A stretch of DNA of 64,000 nt from an uncultured Clostridia bacterium (GTDB lineage: Bacteria > Bacillota > Clostridia > Oscillospirales > CAG-272), in assembly GCA_947624995.1 (NCBI GenBank), contig CANQMS010000004.1, forward strand, positions 2,139-66,138, written 5' to 3'. Both the position numbers and the translations under genes were made by a program. The notes beneath the pieces were generated by a model. The model was not told the origin of the DNA, searched no databases, and saw only the letters and a list, made by a program, of their open reading frames with translations. This document shows positions 63,337-64,000 of this stretch, piece by piece; within the stretch, counting starts at the first letter, position 1; the number at the start of each line of letters is the position of its first letter.

Positions 63337-64000
63337 ATGGCTACGGCTATGATGGAGCAATATCTCGAAATCAAGCGGAAATACGAGGATCACATACTGT
63401 TTTACCGCCTCGGGGACTTTTACGAAATGTTCTACGACGACGCGAAAACGGTGTCCCGCGAGCTTGAGCTGACGCTGACCGGGCGGGACTGCGGCGAGGC
63501 GGAGCGCGCGCCGATGTGCGGCGTTCCGTACCACTCGTGCGAACCGTACATAAACAAGCTCGTGTCGCGCGGCTACAAGGTCGCGATCTGCGAGCAGATA
63601 GGCGAGCCGGGCTCGACTAAGGGACCGATGGAGCGCCGGATCGTCCGCGTCATCACGCCGGGGACGGTCACGAGCGGGGACCTTCTGCGCGAAAAGGAGA
63701 ACAACTACCTCGCGACGATATACTACGACAGCGCCGCGAACCGCGCCGCCGTCGCATTCTGCGACATCACGCAGTCCTCGATCTCGGCGACCTCCTTCCC
63801 GCTTGACGACGAGGCGCGAATCATAAACGAGCTTGCCGTCTTCAGCCCGAGCGAGGTGCTGTCGAACACGGACGAAAAGTCGCTCCCGCGCACGTTTTCA
63901 TATATTTCCGACCGCCTCTCGTCCTTAACCGCGAAAAACGACTCGGGGCGGTTCGAAAAGGAAGCTTGCAGGCAGCGGTGCGACGACCAGTTCGGCGTGC
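63337..64000 (+). CDS. mutS: DNA mismatch repair protein MutS (N-terminal part; continues beyond the window)
   Basis: My own translation: MATAMMEQYLEIKRKYEDHILFYRLGDFYEMFYDDAKTVSRELELTLTGRD...PMCGVPYHS...GYKVAICEQ. Confidence 0.93.
   Translation, partial: MATAMMEQYLEIKRKYEDHILFYRLGDFYEMFYDDAKTVSRELELTLTGRDCGEAERAPMCGVPYHSCEPYINKLVSRGYKVAICEQIGEPGSTKGPMERRIVRVITPGTVTSGDLLREKENNYLATIYYDSAANRAAVAFCDITQSSISATSFPLDDEARIINELAVFSPSEVLSNTDEKSLPRTFSYISDRLSSLTAKNDSGRFEKEACRQRCDDQFGV

Overview
By eye this is a GC-rich chromosomal segment. Gene content suggests a spore-forming member of the Clostridia, possibly Oscillospiraceae/Ruminococcaceae-like (inference from spoVT, an SleB-type cortex hydrolase, an SLH surface protein, CIRCE-groESL, a V-type ATPase and HydABC). 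Most of it is ordinary housekeeping. The content, left to right, is:
- HMA metallochaperone fragment plus an alpha/beta hydrolase
- a decayed hybrid sensor kinase whose REC-HPt-REC-HD-GYP tail is still open
- spoVT, an sleB-like gene, an alanine/glycine:cation symporter, groES-groEL
- a secreted LamG protein
- a heterodimeric ABC exporter, a CAP-domain lipoprotein, malQ, tRNA-Ser(GGA), rpmB
- a DUF pair, a C39-like peptidase, araA, maa
- a complete 9-gene V/A-type ATPase operon (H-I-K-E-C-F-A-B-D)
- an ASCH-metalloprotease fusion, a low-GC GNAT gene, ilvE, an SLH protein
- a HydABC-type [FeFe] hydrogenase cluster next to nfnAB
- a TIGR01212-like radical SAM gene, an XRE/TPR regulator with a paralog remnant, an FGGY sugar kinase
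- an 8-gene aromatic amino-acid operon (pheA-aroB-aroC-aroE/K-aroQ-aroA-tyrA-DAHP synthase)
- miaB-ymcA-mutS

I found no mobile element, CRISPR array or recognisable defence system. The observations most worth follow-up are:
- a Phe/Tyr-rich leader peptide plus terminator in front of the aromatic operon
- a three-copy 3'-UTR hairpin repeat family with a compensatory stem change
- an unusual TSCSPGW H-cluster motif in HydA
- an ASCH-HEFGH metalloprotease fusion
- a triple palindrome array upstream of the hydrolase/HMA operon
- an AT-rich islet with a Cys-rich micro-ORF upstream of spoVT

All calls come from reading the sequence and the ORF track. No database search or folding calculation was run.
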